Shown piece by piece: positions 33,988 to 48,900 of a DNA stretch of 64,000 bases (positions within the stretch are counted from its first letter, which is position 1; every line of letters starts with the position of its first letter). The notes below the pieces were generated by a model. The model saw only the letters and a program-made list of their open reading frames with translations, made no database searches and was not told the origin of the DNA. This DNA comes from Auanema rhodensis (taxonomy: Eukaryota; Animalia; Nematoda). The stretch lies in NCBI GenBank assembly GCA_964057225.1, contig OZ059895.1:8494001-8558000 (forward strand), written 5' to 3'. The position numbers were made by a program, and so were the translations under genes.

Positions 33988-34567
33988 ATGACTCGTAAGT
34001 CTTTTTTTTTATTTTTTGGTATTGATTTGGTTTCTGTTGAGGTGGAAATCAGCGTGATTTGGCTCGTGAAAAGAACCTTAAGAAGGCTGCTGATGCTAAG
34101 AAGAAGGCTGGTGCTAACCAGAAAGAGGGAAATAGTGTATGTCTCGAAGTATTTTTCTATCCTTTATAGAATCTCTAAGCTACATATACAACATATTTTG
34201 AAGATATGCTACTCGAGTTAAGATTTATGTTTTTTTTCTTTTTTTTTGCTTTCTTATGTGTGGTATCCTTGTTACCACAAAATCTTGATATACATGTATT
34301 CATTAAAAAAGTAGATATTATAAGAAAACAACAATTAAAACAATTTTCATAAGAATGCTTGGAAAAGATATTTGACTGATTTTATAAGTTTTCTTAGTCA
34401 TTTCTCATTTTTCTATTTAGGGTCTCTCTACTGATCAACGAATGAGTAGGGATGCTGAAGTAATGAGAATAAAACAACAAAAAGCTCTGGAAAAGAAGGA
34501 ACAGGAAAATGCTGCTAATGCTGCAAATGCTAAGAAAGTTGCCAAGATTGATCCTCTGAAAATGTAA
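33988..34567 (+). CDS. moag-4: SERF/4F5 family protein (modifier of aggregation)
   Basis: MTRGNQRDLAREKNLKK...RMSRDAEVMRIKQQKA...NAKKVAKIDPLKM*, with introns 33995-34041 and about 34137-34420. Confidence 0.95.
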
Positions 34568-37500
34568 TGAGAAAAGAAAAAATGAAGAAATTATTTCTGG
34601 CCTAAGCTGCTCATTTGTTTTTAACTATATTTGTTTCTTTTTGTCATTTAAAATACAATCTGCTGCAACTTTTACTCGTTGCCAGCTCTTGTACCCTATT
34701 TGACTTGTTTTGTAAAATGTGGTAATAAAGGTTCCAGAAGAAAATTGTTTGTTTTGGAATAGAAATCTTCTTGTTTGTCTGTGTCATCTCTGTGTAATGA
34801 TAGGTGAATCTGAACAATTTCTTGTCTTCTTACGTTCAGTTTTTCACTTCCCTTCCCTCCTCTATGTGCAACAATTCGTCCTCTTTCTCTTCACTCCTAT
34901 CTAAAGTTCTTACAACAGTCAGCTGTCCTGTCATCACAATTTCTCTTTCTGCACCATTCTCTATAACACTCCTGCTTACTTTCACGAAGCTCATTTATCT
35001 CTGTTCTCATCTCTAGGTCTTTTCCATTCTCATTACAGAGCAACCTCTCTTTCTTTGTATCCAATGTGGCTGAAGGTATCTTTAGAGCAACCGATCTAAA
35101 ACTTCGTTTATTCATTTGCTTTGAAACCTAATTATTTCTAATTGCCATAACTATGAACATACATAAATATGTTTTACAAATTATACAAAGTCACGGCTTT
35201 TTTCAATTTATAATTTTCCTCAATCAATGTTTTCTTTTAAATTCATATAATATTCTATCTTATAGTTTCATAAAAAGACTTTAAACGAACATCCTCAATT
35301 CATCTTTTCAATTTGATTCTTATCGAAATTCCTTTTAGTTTTTTTAGTACAAATGACTTGTTTGATGGTTTAAGAAATTCATAGATATACATAAATATAT
35401 TCTCGTCAACTTGTTTAATAGATTGCTATTGAAATTTGGTCGTCTTTCTATTGTTCTATATCCTTTTCAGCATTATCTTTGAAACAAATGAAACAACTCA
35501 TTCAACTATTCTTTGAAGTTTTGTTTAGACCTTTAAAGTATAACAAACTCTTCTTACCATAGCAGCTTCTCTGCTTTTCCATTTCTTTTCGGAGAGTTAT
35601 TGTCAGCTAACATTTGTCATCTGTAATCCTTTACAGCTGTCCAAAAAGTCTTCTACATTCTGATTCCAACTACCACCATTTACTGAAGTTCAATCATAAT
35701 TCCTTTTGCCCAGACGACTTTAGTCATTTGTGTCTTCTGCCAATTTCTTTAATATTCCACTTCCTGTTTGTTTAATTCCTTACTTTTCATATTTTTAATT
35801 CAATTCATGAATTTAAAATCAAAAAGAGTTATCAAACTTTTTCTTTAATTTGGTTGTTTAATTTTCAAATTTTTTATAAAATTGAATGAAAAGGAAATGT
35901 CATGTACATATATGTATATTTGACATGGCTTTCTATAAGCAACAACCAATCATTTTTTTTTCAACATACAACATGTCAAAAGTTTGAAGATACAACTTCA
36001 AAGTTGAATATAATTTTCATTTAACTATCTAATTTAATATTTTTATATAAATTATATTTAGTTTTAGATTTAATAGCAATATCTAATGATTATTTCTTTT
36101 ATAATTGATAATATAATACTTAAATATCATCTAAACTAGAACAAGTATCTTAAAGTCTTATAAATGATCTGAAGAAAATCAATAATTCTTCCTTTTATAC
36201 AGAAAATTCATTTTGAGCTATAACATAATTTCTGGATTAAATCTATCAATGAGGTTTCAGTAATTTCGAATAGACTTGAATATGTATACTTCTTTCCTTT
36301 TTCATATGTTTATGTCCCAAGAGATCTCAGAGTGTGCATGTGTGTGGTACATCCACCACACATCTTTCCTCTTTTCTCTCTTCCTATATCTCTATTTCCC
36401 TTCTCATTCTTTTTCTATTTCTAGTTTCCTATCTCTAAACACATAACTATCATTCACATATTCGTCTTTAACTACATATGTTCTTCGATTTTCAACTCTT
36501 GACGACATTAAAGCTGAATCCATGAGATTTATTTAACGAACTTTTATCGAAGATTTGTACTTATCATCATCTACATATGTCATATCCACTTCATTATCCG
36601 TTTCTTTTCTCATTGTTCTTGATGAAGAACACACCATTATTCGCTTACCTTTTCCCTGTTGAACATTGAGATCATTACGTTTAATGTTGCTCAACATCTA
36701 TCTTCAATTGATTTTCCGTTATCAACCTCATTCAAATTTTAAACTTTTTTAAAACTTAATGAGCTTTGAAACTGGTCATCCGACTATCTGTCTCTCTCTA
36801 TATATAACTGCTTCTTAATCGTTTTAATATTCATAACTATGAATTTATAACAGATCTTTCATCCTTTTTTGTTCCAACAAACAGCTTTGCATATCTCATT
36901 GTACATGCTCGTTCAAACTGGAAAATTAACTGACGTCGTTATAATTATATTGAGTCATCAATTGGGTCATTTTCATTTGTTAGAGCTCATTTTTGAACAT
37001 AGAATTGCCATAAAAAGTATAAATGCTATCTATACTTTCGGAGAAACGTAATTAATCCATATTATGTTCATTTTTCAATTTATTCGTGTTCATTCCAAGT
37101 TCATGTAAACTTATCTTGCCTCTTATTCACGTTCTCATCATCACATTATTCTTCAGTCTCTCTCTCTCCCTCCCTCTCTATTCAATAATTTTTCCAACTA
37201 ACTCATCTTGTTAAACATATCGCTTCATCACTAGTTCCAATTGCTCATATAATCTATCATCACTTGTAAAACAACTTGAATTGTACCTATCATTTCACAT
37301 ATATTTTCAAACTTAATCTATGAGTGTGTTAAAATATTCATTTAAATGATTGACATCAGTATTAAAGAAATTGCATTTAGTTCATATGACCGTACAGTAC
37401 ATTTCTCACTTTTTCGTACTTCAACAGAGAGATTAACGGTTGTTTTTTTTATTTTTTTAAATAATAATATCATTAGATATATTTAATATTCTTATTTTCA

Positions 37501-40500
37501 CATTATTTATTTATAATTTAGATAAAATACATATATCCAAATATCTATATGTAGATATATGAAAGATTAACTTTTCCTTTTTTTTTAAAAGTAAAATACT
37601 TTCGAATACCAACCAAAAGTATTTGTTTGTCTCAATTTTTTCATATTTTTACGCCCATCTTTTCATTATTTAGAATATTTAACCAGCTGGAATTATGTTC
37701 AATTTCATTAAGCATGGGGCTTCTTCGTGCTTTGAATGACCACGACCACCCTAAACATCTTCTTCTTCTTTGTCATTCTTTTCAATTCTCTACTGTATGT
37801 ATGAAAATGAATTAAAAAGAATAGTTTATATCATAGTATATTTAGTACTTTAAATAAATAAATAAATATATTCATTTAGAATAATCTTAACATGATCACA
37901 TCATTATTCTCATTCGTTTTTTACTTTTTGTCATACATGCCAAATGTATGATTTTATGCATTCGAAAATCACATAGAAAACTTTTGTTCTACAACTTTCT
38001 ATTCTGTCCTTAGCGTCTTTTGTTGTTTTCTTACTTAAAAAGTTATTTATTCCTTTTTTTATTTTTTGCGAATATTCGATATTTCCAAGCATTTGGTATA
38101 GTTTAATGATAGTTTTAGCCATCTTCATAAGCGAAATGCCTCTTTCTCAGAATATTTATAACTAATTGAACTAATTACATATCGATCTATACTTTCTAAT
38201 TTATTATATTTTCAAAGAAAAATTATTTTTCTTGTTATTAGCTATTCATAAAGAACTTTCATGATATATTAGCTATACAAGGTTGATTAATAATATTATA
38301 AATTCTTTCAACTCATTTTCAAAAATATTATAATTAGTTTTGAAAATGAGTTAAAATATTTAAAAAAAATATTCATTATTTGAATATTTTACACTTTTAC
38401 TAATTAAAGAAAATAGAATCTGGATTTAAACCACTTATAAACTGATTCTATGATTACGTTCTCCCGGAATTAGCGTTTAAGAAAAACAACAACAATCTTA
38501 ATCTACTCCAATTAAGGTTAGTTGCTTCTTTCTTTTTGAATCTAAGCGCTTTTGAAGAATTACTTGATTTCAATAATTTGTTCATTATTCTTTTTTTTTA
38601 TGTTAAAAGGATAATGACAAATTATATTCATATATAGGTGTTTAAGGTTGATTATGTTTGTTATTAGTGATATAGTACTTTTATGATGAGTTTATTGATT
38701 GATTTTACCTTAAAAACAAAATATTATTGATTGATTATTGCTTCTGTGTATATGATTCGTTGAATTTCCTTATTTTTTAATATTCATGTTTATATAATAA
38801 TTAATTTGAATTGAAAAATATAATCAGATATAGATTTGTATTATTGTTCATTTTGAAATAATAGTTTTTGGACTATTTATTACATTAGTTGCCGTAGTAA
38901 GACTTAGTACTTGAAAATGGATTAAAGTGGATGGAAAATAAAGAAAAAAAACAGATAAGAGCTCGCCTTATACTACTGCTTGTAGGGAGAAATATAATGG
39001 AACAAATGGTTGTGTTTTGCTATTCAAACAACATTAGCTACACCTATACGGGGGGCGTTGTTTTATTCATCCGAGGAAACAATCAGCTACTTCATAGTTT
39101 ATGTAAGTAAGTTGGAAATCTTCCGGACAAATAACGTTTTCATGATCATGAACAACACCATTTTCCTTATGTTATTCCTAATGGCAGTTTCTCGGAAGCT
39201 GGCTTGAAAATTACCATTTTCCATCTCTGAAACTCAAAGAATTTTTTCTCAGACTCTATTTTCATATATATTGACATGCCTACTTGTTACTTTTCTATTA
39301 ATATTTCTAAGCTTATTAGCTCATAATATCCTATATTATGTTCTGAGTTTTCTATATCTTTTCTTCTTTTTTTCGTATCATTGTTCAGTGGCTGAGGCCA
39401 CAGATCATAGTATTTAACTGACAGGAAGTGTTTTGGATGCTCTACTTCTCTTCTTTTGCTATTCTTAGTATTATATATGAGTTTTTTCACTGGTCTATCA
39501 GTACAAAAGTATAATTGTACCTTTTGTATCTTTAATTCTAGAGAGCTGTCAATGCTTTTACACCTATGAATTGATATGCTATATCTGCTCTCAACGCTTC
39601 TTGGCATTTCTTAAGGGCAGCCTGAAATCTCAACATACTCACAATAGCCATCTCAAATGTTTAGTCAAGCTGCACGTATGATATCAGTCATTAAGCAGCC
39701 AATGTTTGTTCTCCCCTTTTGTTCCTTTATTGAACTTGTTTTTAATTTTGGAAATCATCGAGATATTTCTCCTTATTTTCACAAATCCTCGCCTATCTTT
39801 TTTCCATTTATCTAGTCTTTCTCTCTCTCTTATATTCTTTCTCTTTCTCTGTAATGGCAAATCGATGACGATAAAAATTCTTTGAAAGAGGGTCGCAATG
39901 AGAGTGTGATTGTGTGTATGTGAGAGTCAATGAGCTGTAGCATCGGTTAGTTTTAGCACAAACCCTAAATATTTTTTTATATTGAATACTCTTTATTTTC
40001 CATTTACTTTAATCCCATTTTCTCATTGATATTCCTATTCTGTCAAACCATCTCGCCAAAACATTTTGCCTACCATTTTGAGGATTTGTGCCTAACCCAT
40101 TTCTTCACGAAATTCTCAAAACATTAGAAACTTAATGGCCTACATCTCTCCTTCTATTTTTTTTATAAATGATTTAATTTCGAAAGTTACAATTGCTTTT
40201 CCCTTTTATTCAAAAGTTGTTTCTCTTAATATGTAATAGAATTTATAATATCAGGTTACCCTATTCTATCTGATAGATGAGGAGGTTGAAAGCCAAATTT
40301 TGTTGTGAAACATGATTTCCATTTTCATGTCTTTGTAATCAACGATTTCGCTTCATGAATTGACTTCTTGGTTTCTCTTGTTTATTGACTTTGAGTTCCT
40401 TTCTCATCGATTTCTCTTCATGAGATAAAACTTTGTTCTGAAATTTGTAATTCTTGTGGAAATGGATTTGAGATAGTCACATATCATGTTTCAAATAGTC

Positions 40501-41392
40501 GATCTTGTTCTTTCTCGCTCAGTAATCTCTTAATGCTTGGCCTTCAACCAAATGTGGCGAAATTGAGTGGTTGGATTGTGCTTCTTTATCTATTCTTCTT
40601 ATTCTTTTTTTCAATCTTTTGAAAGAACTAATTCGAAGTAGTATGAAGATGTCTCAATGGCTCTACAAATTCCTTCTGGCTATTCGTCGTCTTGTCTTCT
40701 CTATTTCTTCCTCCCCCACTCTTCCACTCCTTCGCTCTCTTCCTCCCCCACTCCTTCACTCTCTTCCTCCCCCTCTCTTTCTCTCTCTCTCTCTCTCCCT
40801 CTTTCTCTCTCTCTTCCTCTTTCTATTTTCCTCTTTTTATCTTTCTTATTTCTCTCTATAGTCTATGAAAGAGAGAAGGGAAAAGCATGTAGATTGAACA
40901 GTAATTGAATTGTCGCAGACGGCAACAGCCAGTCAGCTAGACTAAATGATGAAGCCGTCCACCAAGTACCTCTCTTGTACCAAGTCTTCCTCCCTCTTTC
41001 TCTATCTCACTTGTGTCTTAGTTTGTGACCTCTTCCTTCAATATCAACGTATCCTTCTAGGTTCAGGCTTTTGCCTCGCTGCTTCCTTATTTCCCTAAAT
41101 ACGATTGCCCTTCTAAGCCTTTCATTAGATCTAAGTGTTTTCCAACTTCAACAGTTGCTACATTCCTTTTTTGTTTATTTTCTCGTATTCTGATTGGGAA
41201 GCAGGATGTAATATACAAATATTTTTGCCTGTTCAATTCTTTTACCGCTTCTGTCTATCGTGTTTCTCGGTTTTCTTTTTGTTTTTTTTCGTTCCCGGTT
41301 GAGAAACATGACAAAACAATTATTTCGTTTCATATCATAGCATTCATTTCAGCTCTATCCCAATACGGTCATCCTAACAATCTAGTGAGAGG

Positions 41393-44286
41393 ATGTGGAG
41401 TAAGATAACTTCTCATTTGGGTATGTTATAACATTTCTTTTTAGTTTCTCTTTTAGCTAATTACTCTTTTTATTTTGTCAATAACTTGTTGTTTCTGAAA
41501 CTTTATCACATTGTTGAAACCATTAAACTAATTACCAGTTATCAGGAGAGTTTTCTGTCTTTCCACAAAAAGAAAATTAAGTTTTGAGCTTTTAGGCACG
41601 CCCAAAAACTGAACATCTGCCATGTTTCTCGTTAAAATTTTGTCTGCCTTGTCTCAACTTCTTTTTCTTTTTGTGTACTCAGCTAACTAATGCTATGTAT
41701 ATCCAATACTTTTTTCTTTTCCAACCACAAAGCAGCAGTAGTTCCTGAATAAGAAATAAATAGATTTCTAATCGCTAATGCTTCATTAACTTTAGGGCTC
41801 TGGTTGGGCTTGGACGAATCAGATCGCCCTATCCGTTCCTCTTGTTCATTATCTATGCTTCATAACGCTCAACTCAATGTAATACGACCATCAAAAAGTT
41901 CTGAAAATCTTCACAAAATTAATATTAATGGTTCTTCTACAATGGCTTGCAACTCCAAACGACAACAGACTCAATCGCCGCAGCAGTCTCATCACACGAG
42001 TAAGGTCAGTAGCTGTATATCTTCTATCTATGAATTCTATACATGTCTTAGCTACTTAGTAGTTTTCTTTATTTGAATTATTGGCTCTATATACAAGAAA
42101 AGTAATGAAATTTGAATTAACTGGAAGAAATTTATTATAAATTTTCTTTCTTTTCTTTCTACTTTTTTTCTCAAAAAATTATATACATTTACGCCAATAT
42201 TACGTTTAAAATAACTTTGATATCAAGAAACTGGATTATATTGTTTTATTATAAATTTAATTTCAGAGCTCACTTTTTACTTTGAGGCGTAGTCGAAATA
42301 AGGAAAAAAAGGGCAAAAATAATGGTATAGTTTTGTACTCTATAGTAATTAAGTTGTTACCAAAGTAAAGGAAATTACTAAATTTTCTTAATTTCCCCTT
42401 AGAAATGTTAGAAAAGACTTTTCGAATGATCTTTCAACATATATTTAGTTTTTAAGTCTTAAAGTTAAAAATATTATTTTACCTTTCATTTAAATAATAT
42501 TTGGATTCAGATATAGGATCTAAGTTACCCGAATCAATGACACAATCATGGCATAGTCAAGCTAATGGACATCATTCAACAACAGCTCAAAATGCTAGCA
42601 AACATATTTTAAATTTTTTACGGTAATGAGAATATTTAATATTTAAGAAGAAATTATTTATTTTTAGAAATCGTTCTCGTTCTAATAACGCTAATTCTAA
42701 TGAATCTATTGTTGTTTCACGAACTGTTGTAGCACCTTCATGCCCTAGTTCAACAACCGTAGCTGACTTTTCACATTTGAGACGAAGACGTCCTCGTTCT
42801 GCACATTATGAGCCAAATAGTATATCTTTACCAAAAGAGGTAACATAAGCTACATGTATGAAACAAACTTTAAATAATAATTTTCTTAAGGATTTTCCAA
42901 CTCATAATGTGAATGAACTATATGAACGTGTGGAAAAACTAGGAGAAGGCAGTTATGCAACTGTTTTTAAATGTCGTTCAAAGTATATTTCTTTTTATTT
43001 AAAATATTTATTTATTTATTTATAATAGAGTTGATGGATCAATAGTTGCTTTGAAAGAAATTAAATTACAATTCCAAGAAGGTTTACCATTTACAGCTAT
43101 AAGAGAAGGTAATTTTTCTAAACTTTGTATTATTTAATATGAATATTTAATATATTTCTTTAATTTTTATTCATTTTTTTCTGATTTCGTATGGTTTCAG
43201 CTTCTCTATTACGAACACTGCGTCATGCCAACATAGTCTGCCTTCACGACATTTTTTTACAACATAATCAACTCACATTTGTGTTTGAATATATGGTAAT
43301 TCATTTTTTCTTTCTTTGTTCATTGTTCATTTTAAATTTTTTTAGAAAATGGATTTAAGCAAGTATTTGGAAGTACACCCAACTGGCTTAGATAATTTTC
43401 AAACCAAACTGCTATTGTTTCAACTTCTACGTGGTTTAGATTTTTGCCATAAAAAGAAAATTTTACATAGGTACTCTTAATTTATTAATTGAACATATAA
43501 ATATAAAAATATTTTTAAGGGATTTAAAACCTCAGAATTTATTATTAGATAATGAAGGCGTTTTAAAATTAGCAGATTTCGGTTTAGCTAGGGCAAAATC
43601 AGTTCCTAGTCGCACATATTCAAACGAGGTTACATTTATTTTTATTCTTTTCTAAATAAGTTTGTAATTTAGGTTGTAACGTTATGGTATCGACCTCCTG
43701 ATGTTTTACTTGGAAATACTGATTATACAACCTCATTAGATATGTGGTAACTTTTGAACAAAACAAGTTTTTTGTCTTAACTTTCCCATTCTAGGGGCGT
43801 CGGCTGCATTTTTGCAGAGATTTGTACTGGACAAGCCCTCTTCCCGGGAACACGGGACGTCTCTGATCAACTACAAAGAATTTTTGCTGTTCGTGGAATG
43901 CCTAATCAAAGGCGATGGCCGGAGGTAATTTCTTTCGTTTAAAAATTTTATTGATATCGACTTCAGGTTATAAAGCTTTCTCATTATTCTCTTTTAACTC
44001 GGATGGCACCTTATTGGGAAGTTCCTTTTACGGAGGTTAATCAACAACTTGAAAAGTTGCAAAAGAACGGACTTGAGCTGTTATCTATGTTTCTTCAGGT
44101 ATAATCGTCTATTTTATAAAATATTACCATTATCTAATTAATTTTCAGCTTCGTCCAGATGACAGACTCTCAGCTGCTAGTGCTATGCTTCATCCATATT
44201 TTTCAAATTTACCTCGACCTATTCATCTTTTGCCACCAACTCAATCAATCTATTGTCTTCAAGAGTTACAACCTCTATACAGATGA
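41393..44286 (+). CDS. PFTAIRE-type cyclin-dependent kinase (CDK14/15-like), multi-exon
   Basis: [65 protein letters not shown]. Stop TGA at 44284-44286. The start at 41393 ([10 protein letters not shown]) is inferred from splice phase and is less certain. Confidence 0.9.
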
Positions 44287-45967
44287 ATGTTGCCTTAAGA
44301 ATATTCATAATCAATTAATATTCTTTCATCAGTACATATATTTTTCTTTGCCAAATTTAGGCTTTATCACGTTTTTTAACTAATCATCATTCAAAGCCTT
44401 TACTTCTATCACTCTTGCCTCCTTTTTCTCTGCTAATTAGGCTGCCGATGGTTTATAACATCTGTGATATTTGTTTTTTTATCTTTGTTTTCTGTTTTCT
44501 TCTCGTTATTTTTTCATTATTGAAGCTTTATTTCATGTATTATCTCCTCAGTGCCTAACACTGTTTAAACTTAAGTTTGGTAGGCTTTACTTTCCAAGCT
44601 TATATCAGGTTTTTTTTGTTCTCATATGATGTCAATCAAAAGAAGTTATACTTTCTTAAATCTTGACTAAAACAACATAATCTATATATTCTAGTATCAA
44701 ATTGTATTTATTACACGGGTTCCTGTATCCGAATTATAGATTTTTATGAAATTCATTTTTTATTTCTCCTTGTATAAATTTTTTTCTGTTGTTCAATGTT
44801 TTTTCTTCAAATTTTAAAGATGAAAGGTTAAAAATATTTGGAAACAAATGATTCTTCATTATGAAAGTTTCAATATTTCACTTATAAAAATCGTATAGTT
44901 TCTCGAGAACCTGTTTTCGGTACACTTTTCCAGAATTCGGTATCATTCATTTCTTCGGAGTTTCGTCATTTTTTTTAAAAAATCAACATCAAAACACAAT
45001 TTGGATATGTTACATATGATATTAATTATAAATATTTATCTTTAATTAAATTTCAAATTTCATTAGAAATAATTAAAATTTAAGATGGTTTCAAGCTTTT
45101 TTGAATAATTATAGCATCGTGCACGAGGTAGCTTGATGATAATTAATGGGTCAATTAATTGATAACCGGCTTATCCATTGTTTCTTCTTGTTGTCCGGTT
45201 CTTCATATCCACGAAAATCTCGTAGTATTCGCTTATCAGGCTATTTCTTTCAAGTCGGCAGGCCGAAGACAGATGCTGGTATGATGATACCAAGTTTTTG
45301 ATTATGATTTTCTTGATTTTAACAGACTTTCACTACGTTGAAAGATGAACTGTTAGCTTGAATTTCGATTGAAGGGAAAGAAAAGTGAAGGGCAAGATCT
45401 CGGCGCACGATCAGGTTAGTGCGAATATAGCTTCATGTTCAGTGCAGATTTGATAACTGAACTTCAAGAAAACGTGTTCCTGAGCTTACTAAGGTCCGGA
45501 AATTATGGTTTTTATAAGATTCTTAATCAATCCTTAAGCTCATATATCCTTGAAAAATGAAAGCAAATTTTCTTTTCAATTTTATTCCTCCGCCTTTCAT
45601 AGCCTTCTTCCTGCATGTCATTTCGCTCATTCATTCACTTTATCGCCTATCCGTCTCCCTTGTTCTCACTTTTCATTATCGTTTTCAATAAACTTTTGTC
45701 TGATAATCATGATCCTCCTTCAAGATTTCAGTCTTGTTTTCCCACTCAATGTTTCAACTATTTCGCTTTCGGTCACCTCCCCCCCCCCCTTCTTCACTCC
45801 CTTAGTAACAATCATTATCCAGTCGAGATTAGCGGTCTTCTCCTGGTGGCTAGGAGCTTATTCCCTTAAGTCTCATGTTATTTCTATTAATCTTAAAATC
45901 TTAATTAATTTATCTTTGTGTTTATTTCATTATATTTCATTATATTTTAGCAATTTGTGTTAAAATC

Positions 45968-48900
45968 ATGACATTCGGGTGGGCTCTTCTGCTCACCCTG
46001 CTACCATTGGCAATCATTGCCAATGAGCAGTTTCCTGATGATCATACAGATTTAGTATTTGAAAATAAAGGTAAAATCTATATATATACTATACATATAG
46101 TTAAATATATTTTATAATTTAAGTTAAATATGAAAGTCATTTACAATCATTTGATACTCCTCTTCATTTTATTGCTGCAAATGAAACCAATTTAGTTCCT
46201 TTAACTATTAGGTAATTATTATTTTTATTTTGTTTTTTATTTTATTTTTAAATTCTTAGAAATGCTCGACGTAAACGTTGTTCTTGTGGATGTTCTGGTT
46301 GTGATATATTCCCTAGTAGAACATGTTGTACAAGTTGTAAGTTATTGTATCTTGAAACTGTATAATCAATGGTTAACCTCTCTTTAGCTTGCTGCTCATC
46401 AGAGCCGCTGCCATTAGCTTGTTGCCCTCCACCACCTCCACCTAAACCTTGCTGTCAACCTGCATTTGGACCATGCTGTCCAGCAACTCCTCAATGTTGT
46501 CCTCGTCCTTGTTGTCGGTATGATTCTTAGACACGACTACGGTATGAAATATTTTGTTTTAGTGGACGTCGTCCTGAGTATGAAGAGTATGAAGATATTG
46601 AAGAAGAGATTCAACGACCATCAGGTGAAGGTCCACCAGCTCCAACTAGTTCTCCGCGTAGTTGCTGTCCTCCAGCTGTTCCTCCTTCTCCTCCTCCACC
46701 ACCTCCTCCACCTCCACCACCACCAGAGCCACCAGTTCAGTGTTGTGGTGGCCAAAAAGAGCCTCGAACTGGATGTCAAAATAAGAATGGATGCCAAGGA
46801 GGAGGTAAAACTTTTTTTTTTTCATTAAAGCAAAATAATAATTATTGTAGATTGTGGATGTGGCCGTCCATGCTGTTACTATAGAAATCCATCATGCTGT
46901 GATCAAATAACAGGAATTCAGAAGCCATGTTGTCCTCCAGATCCACCCCCACTTCCACCTCTACCATGTTGTCCAGAGATTGCTCTTCCCCAAATAGGAT
47001 GTTTGGCTACTGTTCCACCTTGCCTAAGGTACATAAATATCCTATAATATATATTTTATTATAATTCTTATAATTATATAGAGCTTGTCCCACTTGTCCA
47101 TGCCGTAAGCGTTTGATGCTGGGAGCTCGTTCAAAGCGTGATTCTAATCTTCATTGTCAGCCACGTGAGTTACATTAGAATATATTAAGTAATAGTTAAT
47201 TTCACGTAATTTAAATTATAATTTTTTTTTTTCAAAACAATTACAAAACGGTTGATTTTTATTAAAATTATATTTTATTATTAATAATAATATAATATTT
47301 CAGATATAACTAAAATATATAAGAAGGTTTATGTTAAAGCAGCTGGAGCTAAGACTGCTCTGCCATCTGTACATACAGAACAACATACACCTACAGTATG
47401 AATATTTTATTTTTTTAATTATAGTTAATTATACTTTTATAGTTTGATGTACCACGAGCTGGACGTTTATATGAAGAACATAGAGCTCATCGTGTTAAAC
47501 GAGCAGGATGTGGTGTTTGCATAAATGGAAAACGAATTCTTAAACGAGCAAAACGATCATTAGATTGTGTTAGGTAATTTACTATATAATATATTAAGCT
47601 ATAACTATAATATATAATTATTTAGATGTTCTTATTTACAACCACAATATTCTGAGAATAATCCTCTACTTCCTGATAGAAGTCCAACATCTCCAGTTGG
47701 TGTACCACTTAAACGTGAAAAACGTGATACAGTAATAGACTTTATTCTTTAATTTATATATTTTATATAATATATTTAGTGTTTACCACATCCACAATGT
47801 ATGTTACAAACACGTCGTTATAAAAGAAATTTGTTGGGATCTCAATACTGTGAGCCATGTCAAGGATACTATGGACGTAAGAAACGTGAAGCAGAAATTG
47901 ATGTTTGTAAAAAGTTATGAAAACAAATAATTTCTAAATCTATTCAGCAATGTCATAGAGAACGTCAAAAGAGAGATACTACTTGTGAAGTAGATGAATT
48001 CATGGTAAATCGTATGAAACGTCAAGCATACAACCCACAAGGATTATTAGATATCGTTAAAGTATTATCAAAGACAGTAGCATCTGAAGGTATAATTTCA
48101 TAAAATATAATATCTATAATCATATATTTCTATTACAGGGGCAAGTGGATGTATGAAGTTCCCAGCATGTGTTTTAGCTCAAAAACGTAGAAGAAAGCGT
48201 CATGTTGAACGTGTTGAACAATATCATAAAGTAATCTATAATTATTATAATTATAATTAATTATAATATTATAATTCTAGTCTGTACGAGAATATCAACA
48301 AGCTCTTGAAGATCATAAAGTATTAGTAGAAGAACATGCAAGAGTGAAAAGACAATTTTTCGCTCCTGATAATGCTGGAGGATGTGTTCCATGTCCAGCA
48401 TGGGTTACAATGGCATTGGCTAGCAGAAAGAAGCGTGATGATAGCGAGGTAATTCGATTTACAAGTTGCTTCACTGATATCATATGATTATAGGAAAGAC
48501 ATATGACTCTAAAAGAAGCAATTTCTGATATTCGTCGACATAAAGGCTATGAAAGAGGATTTGGAGTGCGTTTCATTCGAGTAAAATAAAATTTAAAAAA
48601 ATTATTTAAGAATAATGATGAATCACCACGTCGAAGACAACGTTGCGATCAAACAGAAGATTGTTTGAATGAAGTTGAATATGCTATATTCCAAAAAGTT
48701 TATCATAAAAGAACTAAAAGAGATGTAAATAACAAATATTATATTTATAAATAATCTATAATTATTCTGATTATAGGCTGTATTCAGAAGAAAGAAATGT
48801 GAACGATGTGGTTCTGGTTTTAATGGTCGACGTACTAAAAGAGCTTTTGGTGGTCCTCTTATTAATGCATCTGAGGTATTATACTATATTCTATTATATA

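Noticed and set aside
34719-35115. Three overlapping short ORFs after moag-4
   Set aside because: Pyrimidine-skewed UTR or intergenic sequence, with no recognisable domain and no consistent splice structure.
39287-39607. 106-aa minus-strand ORF
   Set aside because: No recognisable motif or supporting exons. It could be a repeat remnant, but I found no TIRs or TSD.
40571-40908. Leu/Ser/Pro-rich ORFs; similar ORFs occur at 45550-45963, 56002-59670, 60714 and 63712
   Set aside because: They are products of CT/GA microsatellites and low-complexity intron or promoter DNA.
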